DNA of 64,000 bases from Octopus sinensis (Eukaryota): positions 117,428,001 through 117,492,000 of the forward strand of contig NC_043001.1 in assembly GCF_006345805.1 (NCBI RefSeq), read 5' to 3'. Position numbers and translations under genes: made by a program. The notes beneath the pieces are model-generated. The model searched no databases. It was given only the letters and a program-made list of their open reading frames with translations, and was not told the origin of the DNA. Below, one piece after another: positions 1 through 12,851 of this stretch (within the stretch, counting starts at the first letter, position 1; each line of letters begins with the position of its first letter).

Positions 1-1540
1 ATATATATTTATATATGTATGTATATACATATGCATATATATGCATATATGGGGTACAGTATGTATGCATGTATACAATCATATATATAAAACATTGATC
101 GAAGAATAAACATCAAATTCGAGTCAACGACCTTATATATAACACCACACCTCCAAACATTTTATCATATATAAATATTACCATGGTCCTTAAACACATA
201 AAGTATACAGATATAAAAAAAAAAGCCACAGAAGATAAAAAATATATACGCGCTAAAACTGCAGATATATAGAACGGCCTATGAAGAAGGTAAATACATA
301 CTCGCTTAATGTGTATGAGAGAGACACAAAGTGGAAAGGGATAGAGAGGGAAAGAAAGAAATAGAGAGAGGGGGAAAGAGATAGGAAGTGGAGGAAGAGA
401 AAACCAGTGAGAGAGAAGGAGGAGATGATAGTTTAGAGAAAATAACTTACAGATATTTTCTTCTCGACTCACACCACGATATCCATGAAGTTACTGCCTC
501 GCATTAACTGTCTCTGAATTCAACTTTTGAATTTATATTGTTGTACACACCTTGTTGAATGATGATCACGAGTTGCTTTTATTTTCGTTACAGTCGTATG
601 AGATGAATGCAACGAGGTTTTTCCCGTTGTTATTTTGGTTTACAAAGTACCGGATATGAAGATGCTTGTTCAGCAAACAAACTTGATTTGTTGTGAAAAG
701 ACATTAAAGGAAAACTCGGAACATGATTGGTCGAATTCACACAAAGTTAAAAAAAAATGAAAATTACGTTCATCCTTTTCTGTGACACAAACGTATTTAT
801 TCATCGGAACTAAATGACCTTATGGGAGTGTGGAATTTGGGAAATTTCAATATATTCACCAAATTCGACGTATGTATAATAGGTCGTATAGTTTGTTTTT
901 TAAAAATGAATCGTGTCGCAACGTCGTCGGGTACTGATTCCAGAGCGCATTAGACAGTGATGCTGATTGTGATAAACGAATGTGATGAGAAAATTTGTTC
1001 GAAATGTCTAAGTTTATTCTTCTAATGGTTTTAGTCGTACCACTGCGACCATGCTGGAGCATCGCTTTGATTTATTTTCGTTGAGTTTTGTTGTCGCTTT
1101 ATAGCTGGAAATTGGTCTATGATTGAGTTTGATCTTTCCCGAGTATATCATTGAATGATTGACTGGTCCGGTATCGACGTTAGGAGTTTATCCTGTGCTG
1201 TTGTTGTTGTTGTTGTTGTTTTAATGTTTCAGTGGAGGTAATTTGTATATTTCTCATTTCTTTAGGTAAGCAGTTGAACAATTGAACAATCTAAATACCA
1301 GACTGGTACAACAGAATGTTTTGCTCGTGATTTCTATGGTGTATATTTAGAAGCTGACTACCATTTCGTGTATTAAATTTTTATCTAATGCCGAAGTTTG
1401 AAACACGCCCCCTCAGGATTTTCCATATGTATATAGTAGTATATCTCTTTCTTCAGCGTTCAAGAGAGTAGAGAGGCAGAGTTTTTTGATGTTCCCAAGT
1501 AATTAAGGCTTTTAACCGAAGGTATTTTATTGGTGAATAA

Positions 1541-1753
1541 GGCAGCGAGATGGCAGAAACGTTAGCACGCCGGGCGAAATGCTTAGCAGTATTTCGTCTG
1601 CCGTTACGTTCTGAGTTCAAATTCCGCCGAGGTCGACTTTGCCTTTCATCCCTTCGGGGTCGATTAAATAAGTACCAGTTACGCACTGGGGTCGATATAA
1701 TCGACTTAATCCGTTTGTCTGTCCTTGTTTGTCCTCTCTGTGTTTAAAGAAAT
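1541..1753 (+). mobile_element. tRNA-derived SINE, short family A (~220 bp), with target-site duplication
   Basis: Head ggcagcgagatggcagaaacgttagc (A-box-like) and gagttcaaattcc (B-box GTTCRA). Identical 18-bp direct repeat aggtattttattggtgaa on both sides (1520-1537, 1754-1771). Same family at 22182 and 31393. Confidence 0.85.
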
Positions 1754-1799
1754 AGGTATTTTATTGGTGAACGTCCTTTGTAACCCTTCAATGTCTTCC

Positions 1800-2850
1800 A
1801 TGAGACCGTATGAGTTAGGAGACCAAAGCTGTGAGCAGTAATCTAATCTGCTCAGATTAGCAGCATACCTACCGGTTCTCTAGTCACGAAGGTTCGCAGG
1901 ATCCATCCTACGAGATGTTTGTATTTAGAAGTCAGTTTGGAGATATGGCTGATGCATTATTTGACATGATTACTTTTAAGTTCCGTATGGTATTAACGCT
2001 CTGAATTATTGTGTTATCTGGTGTCAAGTATTTTGATTTGTGTGTATTCACTCTGTAACGATGAACCTGAAATTTTGATGCATTAAATTTCATATTGCTT
2101 TTATCTGCCCATTGATAAATGAGGTTTTGCCCATTTTGGAGTATAACGGTATCTTCTGGGGTTTGGATAACCATCATTATTTTTGTGTCATCGGCATAAC
2201 CCGCCAGGCTGGCCGAGTGAACTTGCGATCCTATATCTGATGAGGTGATGATAAATGATAATATTCTTAGAACCTTTTCTTGGACTATACCAATTTTTGC
2301 AGGTAACTTAGAAAAGAGAAAACCATTTGCAGTAAGAGATTGGCTCCTACCGCATAGGGAGTCAAATAGCCATTCTCTGAGTTTTCTTGTGATACCAAAA
2401 TCCCTTAACTTGCGACAGATAATTTCATAATCAGTCTTGTCAGACGCTTCAGCAAAATCGAGGTATACTCATGCAGTGTCCTTTCCTCTCAAGAGATTAT
2501 TGAGAATAGTATTACGGTGTTGTAATAGTTGTGACAAGGCAACTTCGTCCAGTCTGAAAACCATGCCATGTGTTATTTAAGATGTTGTTTTTCTCAAAGT
2601 ATGAAATTATTCTTTTTCGGACAATATGTTCGATAACTCTTGATGTGTGAGATGTGAGAGAAACAGATCCATAGTTTTTAGTTTCAGTCCTGCCACCTCC
2701 CTTGTATGTAGATAATACTGTTGCATCTTTTAGTAGGTCTGGAAATATGCCGGGATCAAGTAACTTTTGTTACTTGATAATGGGTTTGCGAGGCTGTTTT
2801 TGCACGTCTTTAACAGTATGGCAGGGAGATCACCTGGTCCAGATACTGAG
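1800..2850 (-). pseudogene. Decayed CR1/L2-group LINE reverse transcriptase fragment
   Basis: Minus-strand frames give VYLDFAEASDKTD, GYADDTK, QWADKSNMKFNASKFQV and HIVRKRIISYFEKNNIL…HGF, with many stops and frameshifts. Confidence 0.8.
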
Positions 2851-3865
2851 TTTGAATATAGGTCATTAGTAGCAGTAAGTATACATTACCTTCCAAAATG
2901 TCGTTAATTTTTAAACAAGCAGTACCTGTGGAAATTCCACTCTAAATACAAATTTTTTTTAGATTGTTGTAAATTTATATAGAGCCACAAAAATTAGTGC
3001 TCCTTTATAAATTGTACATTCTACATTTATTTTCATCTAAAAACACCTTTCAGCTCTTCTGTATGAGGCTGTAATTGAAGAAGAATGACTTCCCCATTTT
3101 CTCAACAGTTTAGAGGTTCATTTACAAATCGAGGATCTTCAATAATGATTAAAGAGAATATTCGTATCACCAGAGAATATTCGTTGTAACTTTCAACCAT
3201 ATGTTTTCAGTTTTTATTCAAATTTTTTTTTTTTTTTTTTTCACTTTCTCTCTCATCTTTCATTTTATATTCTATCTTGAACAGGTAAATACTCAATCTA
3301 TATTCTTTGATGCTACCATGCTCATTCTAGTGATTTGATCCTCTGCTTCTCTTTACGACATTACCTATACCGTCTCATTCTTTCTCTTGTTATCTTGCAT
3401 CATCTGTCATCCATATTTTATAAACGAATGTCTATTTTCAGGCCATCAGACGATAAATAATTGCACTTATGCGGCCAACCATGAAGAACAGGTCAGTGAT
3501 CATCCGGTACCGAAACAGCTATCCACTATCACTCAAAAAGTCCAACAAACACACTCAGTCACCAACGACATGAATCTACCAACTGTTACAAAACTCAAGA
3601 CGGACGGATGGGATGGCCTTGAAGTCGAAGATTTTTAACTAACGGAGACAATACTCGGATATCACCCGAGGATACACACCTGGAACTCATCGAAGGCTTT
3701 GGAACCTGCCTTTTTATAACCTAACCTACCCTATTTTCAAAGGCAGTGTCCAAAACTTGCACTTTAGTGAATTTAGTTCAAATAATGTTATATATCAGAA
3801 TTATTATATTGCCGTTCAATTCATAAATATTTCCTCCTTTTAAAAGCGCTTTCTATTGACACACA

Positions 3866-4272
3866 TACTCTTTTTTACTCTTTTACTTGTTTCAGTCAAC
3901 ATGACTGTGGCCATGCTGGAGCACCGCCTTTTAGTCGATCAAATCGACCCCAGAACTTATTCTTTGTAAGCCTAGTACTTACTTTATCTGTCTCTTTTTT
4001 TGCCGAATCGCTAAGTTACGGGGACGTAAACCCACCAGCATCGGTTGTCAAGCGATGTTGGGGGGACAAACACAGACACACAAACACATACATATATATA
4101 TACATATACATATATACGACGGGCTTCTTTCAGTTTCCGTCTACCAAATCCACTCGCAAACCTTTGTTCGGTCCAAGGGTATAGTAGAAGACACTTACCC
4201 AAGGTGCCACGCAGTGGGACTGAACCCGGAACCATGTGGTTCGTAAGCAAGCTACTTACCACACAGCCACTC
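3866..4272 (-). mobile_element. tRNA-derived SINE, long family B (~410 bp)
   Basis: Reverse complement of the copies at 14882 and 25126: gagtggctgtgtggtaagtagcttgc head, ccttgggcaagtg-type core, internal TA/TG tract, and gactgaaacaagtaaaagagta tail. Confidence 0.85.
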
Positions 4273-4402
4273 ATATACATTAATCTTGGGAATGCAACAA
4301 AATCAGAATCTGGTAACTACTTCATGGTCCACGGAAGTTCACGTGATTGTTCTTGCTTTACTCATGTTGGCTGTCCCGTTCACGAATTTTTTTTCCCACG
4401 AG

Positions 4403-4908
4403 AGTTCCGGATCCCAGTTATGAACTTATTTGCATACAGCCAATCAGAGCTCATCTATCAAACTAACTTATGAGCGCATATCGACTGATGGGCGATAAGA
4501 TAAAGCCACTTGGGTAAGGAATGACCATGCTTCTTTTCCCTTTTAAGAATGTTGTTCTTGTTCTTGTTCCAACCATGGCTGCCTCTGCGTAGTTATTTGT
4601 GTTGCTGTTTACTTTGTAAAACAGTAAGGAAGAGGGTTGCTAGTACATCACCCTCTACCTGTATTTTCTCCATCTACATCGTTACCATATGGGGCCCTAA
4701 CAAGATCCGATAATAGGTATAGATGCAAATCTACCTAATTACTTGTCTCCTTCTAAAAATCTAGCATAACTTGGCGATCGATCGACTTACAGCACTGTAC
4801 CTTCGTCTTGAGTTTACTTGGTACAGTGTGTTTGTTAACTTGGCAACAAGGTCAAGGTGAACTCTGATTGGCTGTATGCAAATGAGTTCATTACTGGGGT
4901 CCGGAACT
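4403..4908. repeat. ~505-bp element bounded by 47-bp inverted repeats, each carrying ATTTGCAT plus CCAAT
   Basis: 4403-4449 agttccggatcccagttatgaacttatttgcatacagccaatcagag versus the reverse complement of 4862-4908, with about 4 mismatches. Confidence 0.75.
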
Positions 4909-5235
4909 AAGAAGTGAATGCAGAGAGACTCAGTAGCTCACTCAGTGTCCGGCGTGACAATAGCTCACTTAGCAACATTGTAACTTTGAAAGTAAGTTGA
5001 TTTGTTTTTCTATCTCTCCTTTCCATTTTCATGAGATTGACAACAAATAACAGAATTAATGCTTCATAATTTTATGGACTAGCAGTGCTAATAAAATATT
5101 GGGAAACTCGTGAAAATGGCCAAATTGTGCTACTTCTGGCAATGCATGTATTTTCTGATTTTTATTTTTTACGTGGTGGTTGACTTGTGATGAGAACTGA
5201 GTTTGTATTTAAATCCGTCAATTTACGTGTGACTG

Positions 5236-5753
5236 GAGATGGCAGTAGTTCGCTTCTGCTCATAATATATATAAATTCGAGCGACTCACAGTCGCTGATT
5301 TTGCAGCAAGCTAAAAAGCTAGTTCTAAAATCTCTCTAAGAGATAATCGCAGTAATTGTGCTAGCAGGTAATGTTCGTAGCCACTTCAACATGGCTGTCT
5401 CGTTCGAACAGTCTTTACTGCGATTTTTAAACCCCAAGTGGACATCTCTTCTAGCTGGTTAACGATGCACATCTCCATCCGATATATTGCGAGCAAGGGA
5501 ACAAATCCCTACCACCTTCAAGCGACAGGACCAGCATACCAGCCTGGTTTCAGGCTATTTCTGCCTCCCTTCAGTACTGGACACCTCGCCTACTAGAGAT
5601 TGCAGTAGCTCGCCTCTGCTTGCAATATATATAAATTCAAGCGACACAGAGTCGCTGATTTTGTAACAAGCTAAAATGCTAATTCTAAAATCTCTTTAAG
5701 AGATGAGCAGAGACGAGCTGCAGCCATCTCTAACAGACGAGGTGTCCAGTACT
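5236..5753. repeat. 109-bp direct repeat (period 360) overlapping a 48-bp inverted repeat at the 5' junction of the R4-like LINE
   Basis: Direct repeat 5236-5344 / 5596-5704. Inverted repeat 5573-5620 / 5706-5753 (agtactggacacctcg…/…cgaggtgtccagtact). Confidence 0.75.
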
Positions 5754-5754
5754 T

Positions 5755-7543
5755 TAAAATATAAACTCAAGACGATGAGCGAGAAACTCCGCTACCGCAT
5801 GCGAATTTTTGAGCGAGCCAGTATCAATCGCAAGTTTGCTTCCAACCCACAAGCATTATACAGAGAGATGAGGAAGGAAAACATTACGATTAAGAAAGCT
5901 CCCTCTCAAGATCTACAATCATTCTGGTCAAAAAATTTGAAACGAAAAGAGTGATTTCACCCTGAATGCATTATGGTTAAATACAACTGAGAGAGAATTC
6001 TATGTCAACATTAACAATAAAATATACAAAATTGATGCAGAAACCTTAGCTAAAGCAGTAGGCAAACTGAAGAATAGGAAGGTACCTGGAAGGGACCTAA
6101 TAGTTGGAAACTGGTACAAGAAACTGACATTTTATAGAAACCAATTGATATGTATGTTCAAAAGGACTACGGAAGGTCAGACTGATATACTACATTGGCT
6201 TGCTACAGCATGGGCAAATCATGTTGCCAAGACGACAAAAAGGCTTATGCTAAAAGTATCAACAATGCCCCCAAACATCTGGAATTAATAACATCATTTT
6301 CATCTAATATAGGCATGGAATTTGGCCAAAAGAAATGTTCATATTTGTTATAGAACGAGGAAAGTTAGTCCCCCAAACCCAAACCTGTACATCAACGGTC
6401 CTCTGTCTCCCTCACACAAAGAATGTTACAAGTACCTAGGCATAAACGAAAATGTATAATATGAAGGCATTGTGTATAAAGATAGAGTGACCCGAGAATA
6501 TTACACCACCAGACTTAGGAAAATCTGGTATTCGGAACTCTTCCCTTACAACAAAACAACATCCCACAATGCATCTGTAATATCAGTGCTGATCCCAACA
6601 TTTGGGATACTTGATTGGTCTGTAGAGGAAATCCACTTCATAGCTATCAAAACCTGCAAAATCCTGACAACAACTGGGAACTTCCACAGAAACAGTGATG
6701 TTGACAGGCTCTACCTAAGAAGAAATGAAGGTGGTAGAGGCCTGAGATAAGTGCATACGGCCTTCGAATCTCGTATAGCATCACTCAGGCAGCGCTTGCT
6801 AAACAACAGCAGCAAAAATGAATATAAATGCAGTGCTGAAAAGTGGAGTGAGCAACATTGTACGAGTTGGCAGTGAGCTCCTCAAGATGCACTCTTCACC
6901 TGATGATCTATACAGCTCCACAACAGCTAGGCTGTCTTACCTCAGAGAAGGCCTGGATGAAAAGTATACAAAAAAAAGGCTATGCATAGGTATGTTGCCC
7001 GCAAGCTTGAAGAAAATAATAGAATTGACACGAAGCGCAGCCTCTATTAGACACAAGACCATTACATTACATCACATCACTTCTGTCAAATGCAAACATA
7101 ACAGACTGGATATTGTTGTTTGGGACAGAGGGGCAAAGATATGTACCATCATAGAGGTCAGCTTCCCTGCAGATATAAATATCTCTAGAAAAATCAAAGA
7201 AAAAGAGGATATCCATGGACAACTGCTTCGAAGCCTCCAGCTTCTATATCCAGACTAGGAATTCATATTCATACCAATAATAATTGGAGCACTAGGTTTT
7301 GTTAGTAAATGCTTAGAGGAGAATCAGGATAAACTGGGATTTCCAGGAAGAGAAATTGAACGGCTAATTCGTACATTACAAGTGCAATCTGTGAGTGGAA
7401 CAGTGAAAATATGCAAGACTTTTCTCAAGTTCCAAATCTGAATTTGTCAGTGTTAACTACATTTCAAAGATGGAGTCTTGAATCTTTATTGGAGACGGCT
7501 CCTTCCTCTCAGGAAGATTTATAGTAATTGAATAATAGACGAG
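5755..7543 (+). mobile_element. R4/Dong-clade (RLE) non-LTR retrotransposon, decayed copy 1
   Basis: KLRYRMRIFERASINRKFASNPQALYREM (pre-RT region), YKYLG and RLYLRRNEGGRGL (RT thumb), NRLDIVVWD…IIEVSFP…FIPIIIGALG (PD-(D/E)xK RLE). Stop at about 7440, ~100-bp 3' UTR, then (CATA)n. RT core and CCHC region are internally deleted. Confidence 0.88.
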
Positions 7544-7723
7544 ACATACATACATACATACATACATACATACATACATACATACATACATACATACATA
7601 CATACATACATACAGACATAATACATACATGCATACATACATACACACTCATACATACAGACATAATACATACACACATACATACATACATACACACATA
7701 CATACAGACATAATACATACATG

Positions 7724-7757
<34 letters not shown>

Positions 7758-7928
7758 TACATACAGACATAATACATACATGCATACATACATACAGACA
7801 TAATACATACATGCATACATACATACACACACATACATACAGACATAATACATACACACATACATACATACATACACACATACATACAGACATAATACAT
7901 ACATGCATACATGCATACATACATACAT

Positions 7929-7961
<33 letters not shown>

Positions 7962-8092
7962 TACATACAGACATAATACATACATGCATACATACATACA
8001 CACACATACATACAGACATAATACATACATGCATACATACATACACACATACATACATACATAAATACATACATACATACATACATACATAC
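7544..8092 (+). repeat. (CATA)n compound microsatellite with recurring cagacataat variant
   Basis: Direct inspection. Confidence 0.95.
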
Positions 8093-8147
8093 CCTGTTGT
8101 TGATGTTGAAATTCCTATGAAGGAGCCTTGGATCTAGGTTAGAAACC

Positions 8148-8179
<32 letters not shown>

Positions 8180-8213
8180 TGGTAAGAATTCTTTAAATAA
8201 AACTGAATAATGT
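8093..8213 (+). mobile_element. Short 5'-truncated 3'-UTR piece of an R4-like family
   Basis: ggagccttggatctaggttagaaacc…gaataat resembles the 3' UTRs at 7468-7537 and 48380-48430. Preceded by (CATA)n and followed by catgcatatatacatac. Confidence 0.55.
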
Positions 8214-9439
8214 CATGCATATATACATACACTTCAAAAACAAACAAACAAAATGTGTTTGTATATTTGCCTTTATGTCCATAGTCCTAATTTAAAATGA
8301 AAGAACTTTCATATTTGCAGTATGTACGACGGATACGGAAAATAATTTCTGTTGCGAAGAAAGACTTACTTTGCTGCTAACTTCTGAGGAATCAATCAAC
8401 AATCACAATTCCTCCCTATAGACACCATCACTGAATTAACATCTTTGCAAAGCACCATCATTAGAGAAATATTTTCTGAAATCCTCATGGTGGCTAAGAA
8501 AAATACAAACTTTATCGTGTTGCAGTTGACTCCAAGCTGTTAAGCATGGATCTAAAACTTCAGCCAGTCTCTTAGTTTCAAATCATGTACTAGGTTATTC
8601 AGATATTCTTGTGATATTAAATGTGGTTCATTGGAGAAACAGGTAGCCTGTAATGTAGGATTAGATATGTTTTTATCATATGTTCCAGCTTGGTTTGATT
8701 CCTCATCTCTTAAACTAAAATGCTTCTTCTTAAGATTTGGCCACTCTGGGGAACTTATCTCATTGCAGGCAATAGATTATTGTTTTTAATTAAGCTCTTT
8801 GTTTTTGAAGTGGTTCCTTTTGCGTTCACAAGGTAGAAACAAAACTCTGAAACCGTTTGGCTATACCGTTTGTAGTTATGACACATGTCAAATAACAAAT
8901 ATGTGTGGTCGTTTAAATCCAAAATAAAGTCCATAGCTTGTTTTAAATAATGGTGTAAAGTTAGATTTCTGAGATTTTTAAAGTTGGATCCTCACATAAA
9001 TAGAAGGAATTAAAATGATTCACAGTTCCACAGTGTCACAAAAAACACAACACTGGTTTAAATCAACACACACTACTTGTTAACACTGACATTTGCAAGG
9101 AGATTGACTCGCAGTTGCTCTACACACAGGCTCTTGACTCATATCCGAACAGGTCAAAACATGAATAGTCTGCTGTCTTGACCGAATTTATCCTGCCAGT
9201 ATTATCATACTGGAAAAAGGGAGTAGATCGTTCGTCGCTGTTGCGAATAGTCCCTTTGTTGACTAAAAATCCCGCGCTCGCAATTAAGGGAGTATTTAAT
9301 TAAATTAGCGACCTATGTGTCATACTTGATGAATACACGCAGTCGATAGGCCAGCTACTGTATTGCTAGTTTTGAAGAAAAAACATCTCTTATGGACTAG
9401 CTATGTTTAAAAACAATAATTATGAGAGAGAGAGAGAGA

Positions 9440-9625
9440 GAGAGGGAGAGAGGCTGTTCGCAACATCAGTGAATCCACTGTTCTCTATATCAGAGTCGAT
9501 GAATTCTCATCAGAGCATTAACTAGCTGTGAGTATCAGCTAATGAAAAGGTCAAAAAATGCTGAAATGTGTCTGGCGCTCTCGCTGGCCGCAGCCGGGAC
9601 GAATTTTCCTCTCTCTCTCTCTGAA
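9440..9625 (+). repeat. Dispersed repeat of unknown class; second copy at about 43800-43970
   Basis: Shared ttcgcaacatcagtg…ctatatcagag.cga.gaattctc…gctgaaat.t.tctggc…gacgaattttc. Confidence 0.6.
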
Positions 9626-10339
9626 ATTTATTGTGTTTTTAAGTGGTAATAACCTCTCACAAATGGTGTTTGTAGGTAAGGTTGCATCTAAATGATGTAA
9701 CAACACCATGTGAACATGTAAATAATAATAGCTTTCATTTCACCGCACAAATAAGTTTCAGGTTGGTCATGAATTAGAAAGTTACCACAAGTTAATACAA
9801 GTGAAGGAATAATCCTGTAGCGTTTATAAAAAGTTGATTACAAATGCTTTGTACTGAAGCTTGCCAAAACAGGAAAAGTTACACATGTTAAATTCAGTGC
9901 GGCCAACTATAACGACATATTCAGGTTGAATAAAAGTCGTGAAAATAACTATTGCAAACGGTAGGAGAGTATGGAGAGCTGGACTGCGGGTTGTCACACA
10001 CGGAAGGTTGGCGATAAAAACAAGCCTTTACATAACTCTTGAATCGAAACAGTCCAGTATAATTTAGAATGATCTGTCACGTGAAGTCTGGCTTCTGATT
10101 GGCCAATAATCCGGCCTCTCACACGAACAAAGTGTTGCTATGTTGTGATTTGAACTTCCTAATCCGACGACTTGGTTTCGAGTCTTGCAGCAATCTGAAG
10201 GCAAACACTGCAGTAACTAATGTGTGTGTGTGTGTGTGTGTGTGTGTGACAAAGGCTTCAATGACAGAAGAAGGATTTGAAGCCATAGTAACTCAGTTCG
10301 TGTATGTTCACGGGAGTTGTGTGAAGCAGTCGAATTTTT

Positions 10340-10452
10340 CCAGCCAAGCAAGAATTTGACTTTGTCACATTTTACTGTTTCTCTTGCATCTCTGTCCCTT
10401 TTGTGCATCAGGTATTTGGTTGATATTTCCAGTTCCTGGATTGCAAACGCAT
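10340..10452 (-). mobile_element. R4-like LINE fragment abutting the (TATG)n array
   Basis: Minus frame AFAIQELEISTKYLMHKRD matches YAFAIQEQEIATKYLVNKRD of copy 2 (47665-47725). Confidence 0.75.
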
Positions 10453-11208
10453 GTATGTCTGTATGTATGTATGTATGTATGTATGTATGTGTGTGTGTAT
10501 GTATGTATGTATGTATGTATGTATGTATGTATGTATGTATGTATGTATGTATGTGTGTGTGTATGTATGTATGTATGTATGTATGTATGTATGTATGTAT
10601 GTATGTATGTATGTATGTATGTATGTATGTATGTATGTATGTATGTGTGGTATGTATGTATGTATGTATGTATGTATGTATGTATGTATGTATGTATGCA
10701 TGCATGTATGTATGTGTGTGTATGTATGTATGTATGCATGTGTGTGTGTATGTGTGTATGTATGTATGCATGCATGTATGTATGTATGATGTATGTATGT
10801 ATGTATGTATGTGTGTGTGTGTATGTATGTATGTATGTATGTATGTATGTATGTATGTATGATGTATGTATGTGTGTATGTATGTATGTATGTATGTATG
10901 TATGTGTATGTATGTATGTATTTATGTTGTATGTATGTATGTATGTAGTATGTATGTATGTATGTGTGGTATGTATGTATGTATGTATGTATGTATGTAT
11001 GTATGTATGTATGTATGCATGCATGTATGTATGTGTGTGTATGTATGTATGTATGCATGTGTGTGTGTATGTGTGTATGTATGTATGTATGCATGCATGC
11101 ATGTATGATGTATGTATGTATGTATGTATGTGTGTGTATGTATGTATGTATGTATGTATGTATGTATGTGTGTATGTATGTATGTAAGTGTATGTATGTA
11201 TGTATGTA

Positions 11209-11239
<31 letters not shown>

Positions 11240-11444
11240 ATGTATGTATGTGTGTGTGTGTATGTATGCATGCATGTATGTATGTGTGTGTATGTATGTA
11301 TGTATGCATGTGTGTGTGTATGTATGTATGTATGTATGTATGCATGCATGTATGTATGTATGTATGTATGTGTGTATGTATGTATGTATGTATGTATGTA
11401 TGTATGTATGTATGTATGTATGTGTGTGTGTATGTATGTATGTA

Positions 11445-11475
<31 letters not shown>

Positions 11476-11519
11476 GTGTGTATGTGTGTATGTATATATG
11501 TATGTATGTATGTGGTGTG

Positions 11520-11550
<31 letters not shown>

Positions 11551-11830
11551 GTATGTATGTATGGTATGTATGTATGTGTGTATGTATGTATGTATGTGTG
11601 TGTGTGTATGTATGTATGTGTGTATGTATGTGTGTGTGTGTGTATGTATGCATGCATGTATGTATGTATGTTGTGTGTATGTATGTATGTATGTATGTGG
11701 TGTGTATGTATGTATGTATGTATGTATGCATGCATGTATGTATGTATGTATGTATGTGTGTGTGTATGTATGTATGTATGTATGTATGTATGTATGTATG
11801 TATGTATGTGTGTGTGTATGTATGTATGTA

Positions 11831-11861
<31 letters not shown>

Positions 11862-11930
11862 GTGTGTATGTGTGTATGTATATATGTATGTATGTATGTG
11901 GGTGTGTATATATGTATGTATGTATATATA
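10452..11930 (+). repeat. ~1.5-kb (TATG)n/(TG)n microsatellite array
   Basis: Direct inspection; source of the HTYI/MYVC pseudo-ORFs. Confidence 0.95.
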
Positions 11931-11931
11931 T

Positions 11932-11965
11932 ACTAGCTGTTGGACCCGGCGTTGCTCGTGTTTTC
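11932..11965 (-). mobile_element. Helitron 3' terminus remnant
   Basis: actagctgttggacccggcgttgctcg = reverse complement of hairpin plus CTAG end; similar ends at 29321, 33483, 56048. Confidence 0.5.
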
Positions 11966-12104
11966 CATGTTGAAGTTAAGTCCACCTCTGACCTTGTATT
12001 GAAATCTTCTACTTACCCCGTGCCAACTATTATTCATTAAGATGTTATATCTGGATCGGCAGTGATTAACGCTTTCGACATACTCCTACATAGTGATTGA
12101 CCTT

Positions 12105-12851
12105 GGGCACTGCTGCACATGCGTGCTAAGTTTTAAAGTTGTAGCTTACTTCCGTTGTTTACAGCAGTACTTGGAAAGAATGTGTGTCGTGTGTGATCTT
12201 CGCATCGACCATGACAGAGAATGTTGAGCAGAGAATCTGCATCAAATTTTGCCAAAAGCTTGGCGATATCTGCTCAGAAGCCAACGCAAATGTTTCAAAA
12301 AGTTTTCACCGTTTTCGATACAATCAAGGAGATCTTATGCAACTAAAACCCGAAAGCAGCTTTGGCACAAACTTGCCAGACGTGTGTCTTATACCCAAAT
12401 CTTCAGTGATAATGGACTGAACTGAACCGTAACTAATCTGCACATCCTCTGATAAGTCACGGATGGTGATTCGTCGATTTCTCCTCACAGCTGCACGCAC
12501 ATCTGCGATGTTTTTCCCAGTTCTGCTGGTTGCGGGTCTCTCCAGAAGGTTCATCAATATCGACATTTTTCGGCCATCTTGAACCACTCATACACTTGTG
12601 TGTGGCTCATACACTCCTCTCCATACACTTTCTGCAATTTTGCGTATGTCTCTGAGCAGGTATCACTATGACAACTTTCTCTGACATGGTCAATGTGACG
12701 ATCACACGCTACACACCTTCCTTCCAAACACTGCTGTAAGCGGCGGAAGTGAGCTAGAATAATAAAACTTAGCGTGCCTGCACAGCAGAATTCTACATGT
12801 TTTAACTTCGCTACTATGGCAACATTCCGGATACTTATTAATCAAACCTCA
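12105..12851. mobile_element. Two opposed mariner 5' fragments (transposase N-termini)
   Basis: Plus frame MTENVEQRICIKFCQKLG (12211 on). Minus frame RPATSRTGKNIADVRAAVRRNRRITIRDLSEDVQISYGSVQSIITEDLG…FVPKLL. TIR-like end …gatacttattaatcaaacctca followed by TA at about 12851. Confidence 0.75.

Noticed and set aside
1541-1625. tRNA gene
   Set aside because: A/B-box head continues into SINE body and tail with a TSD; this is a SINE, not a tRNA.
3387-3740. 83-aa ORF with unusual composition
   Set aside because: No family motif identified in any frame; possibly an unrecognised TE remnant.
10075-10120. cacgtg plus ctgattggccaat promoter-like cluster
   Set aside because: Short motifs with no associated gene start; cannot be supported from sequence alone.
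7457-11985. Long HTYI/MYVC ORFs (up to 525 aa; also 734 aa at 61608-63812)
   Set aside because: Translations of (TATG)n/(TG)n microsatellites; no coding signal.
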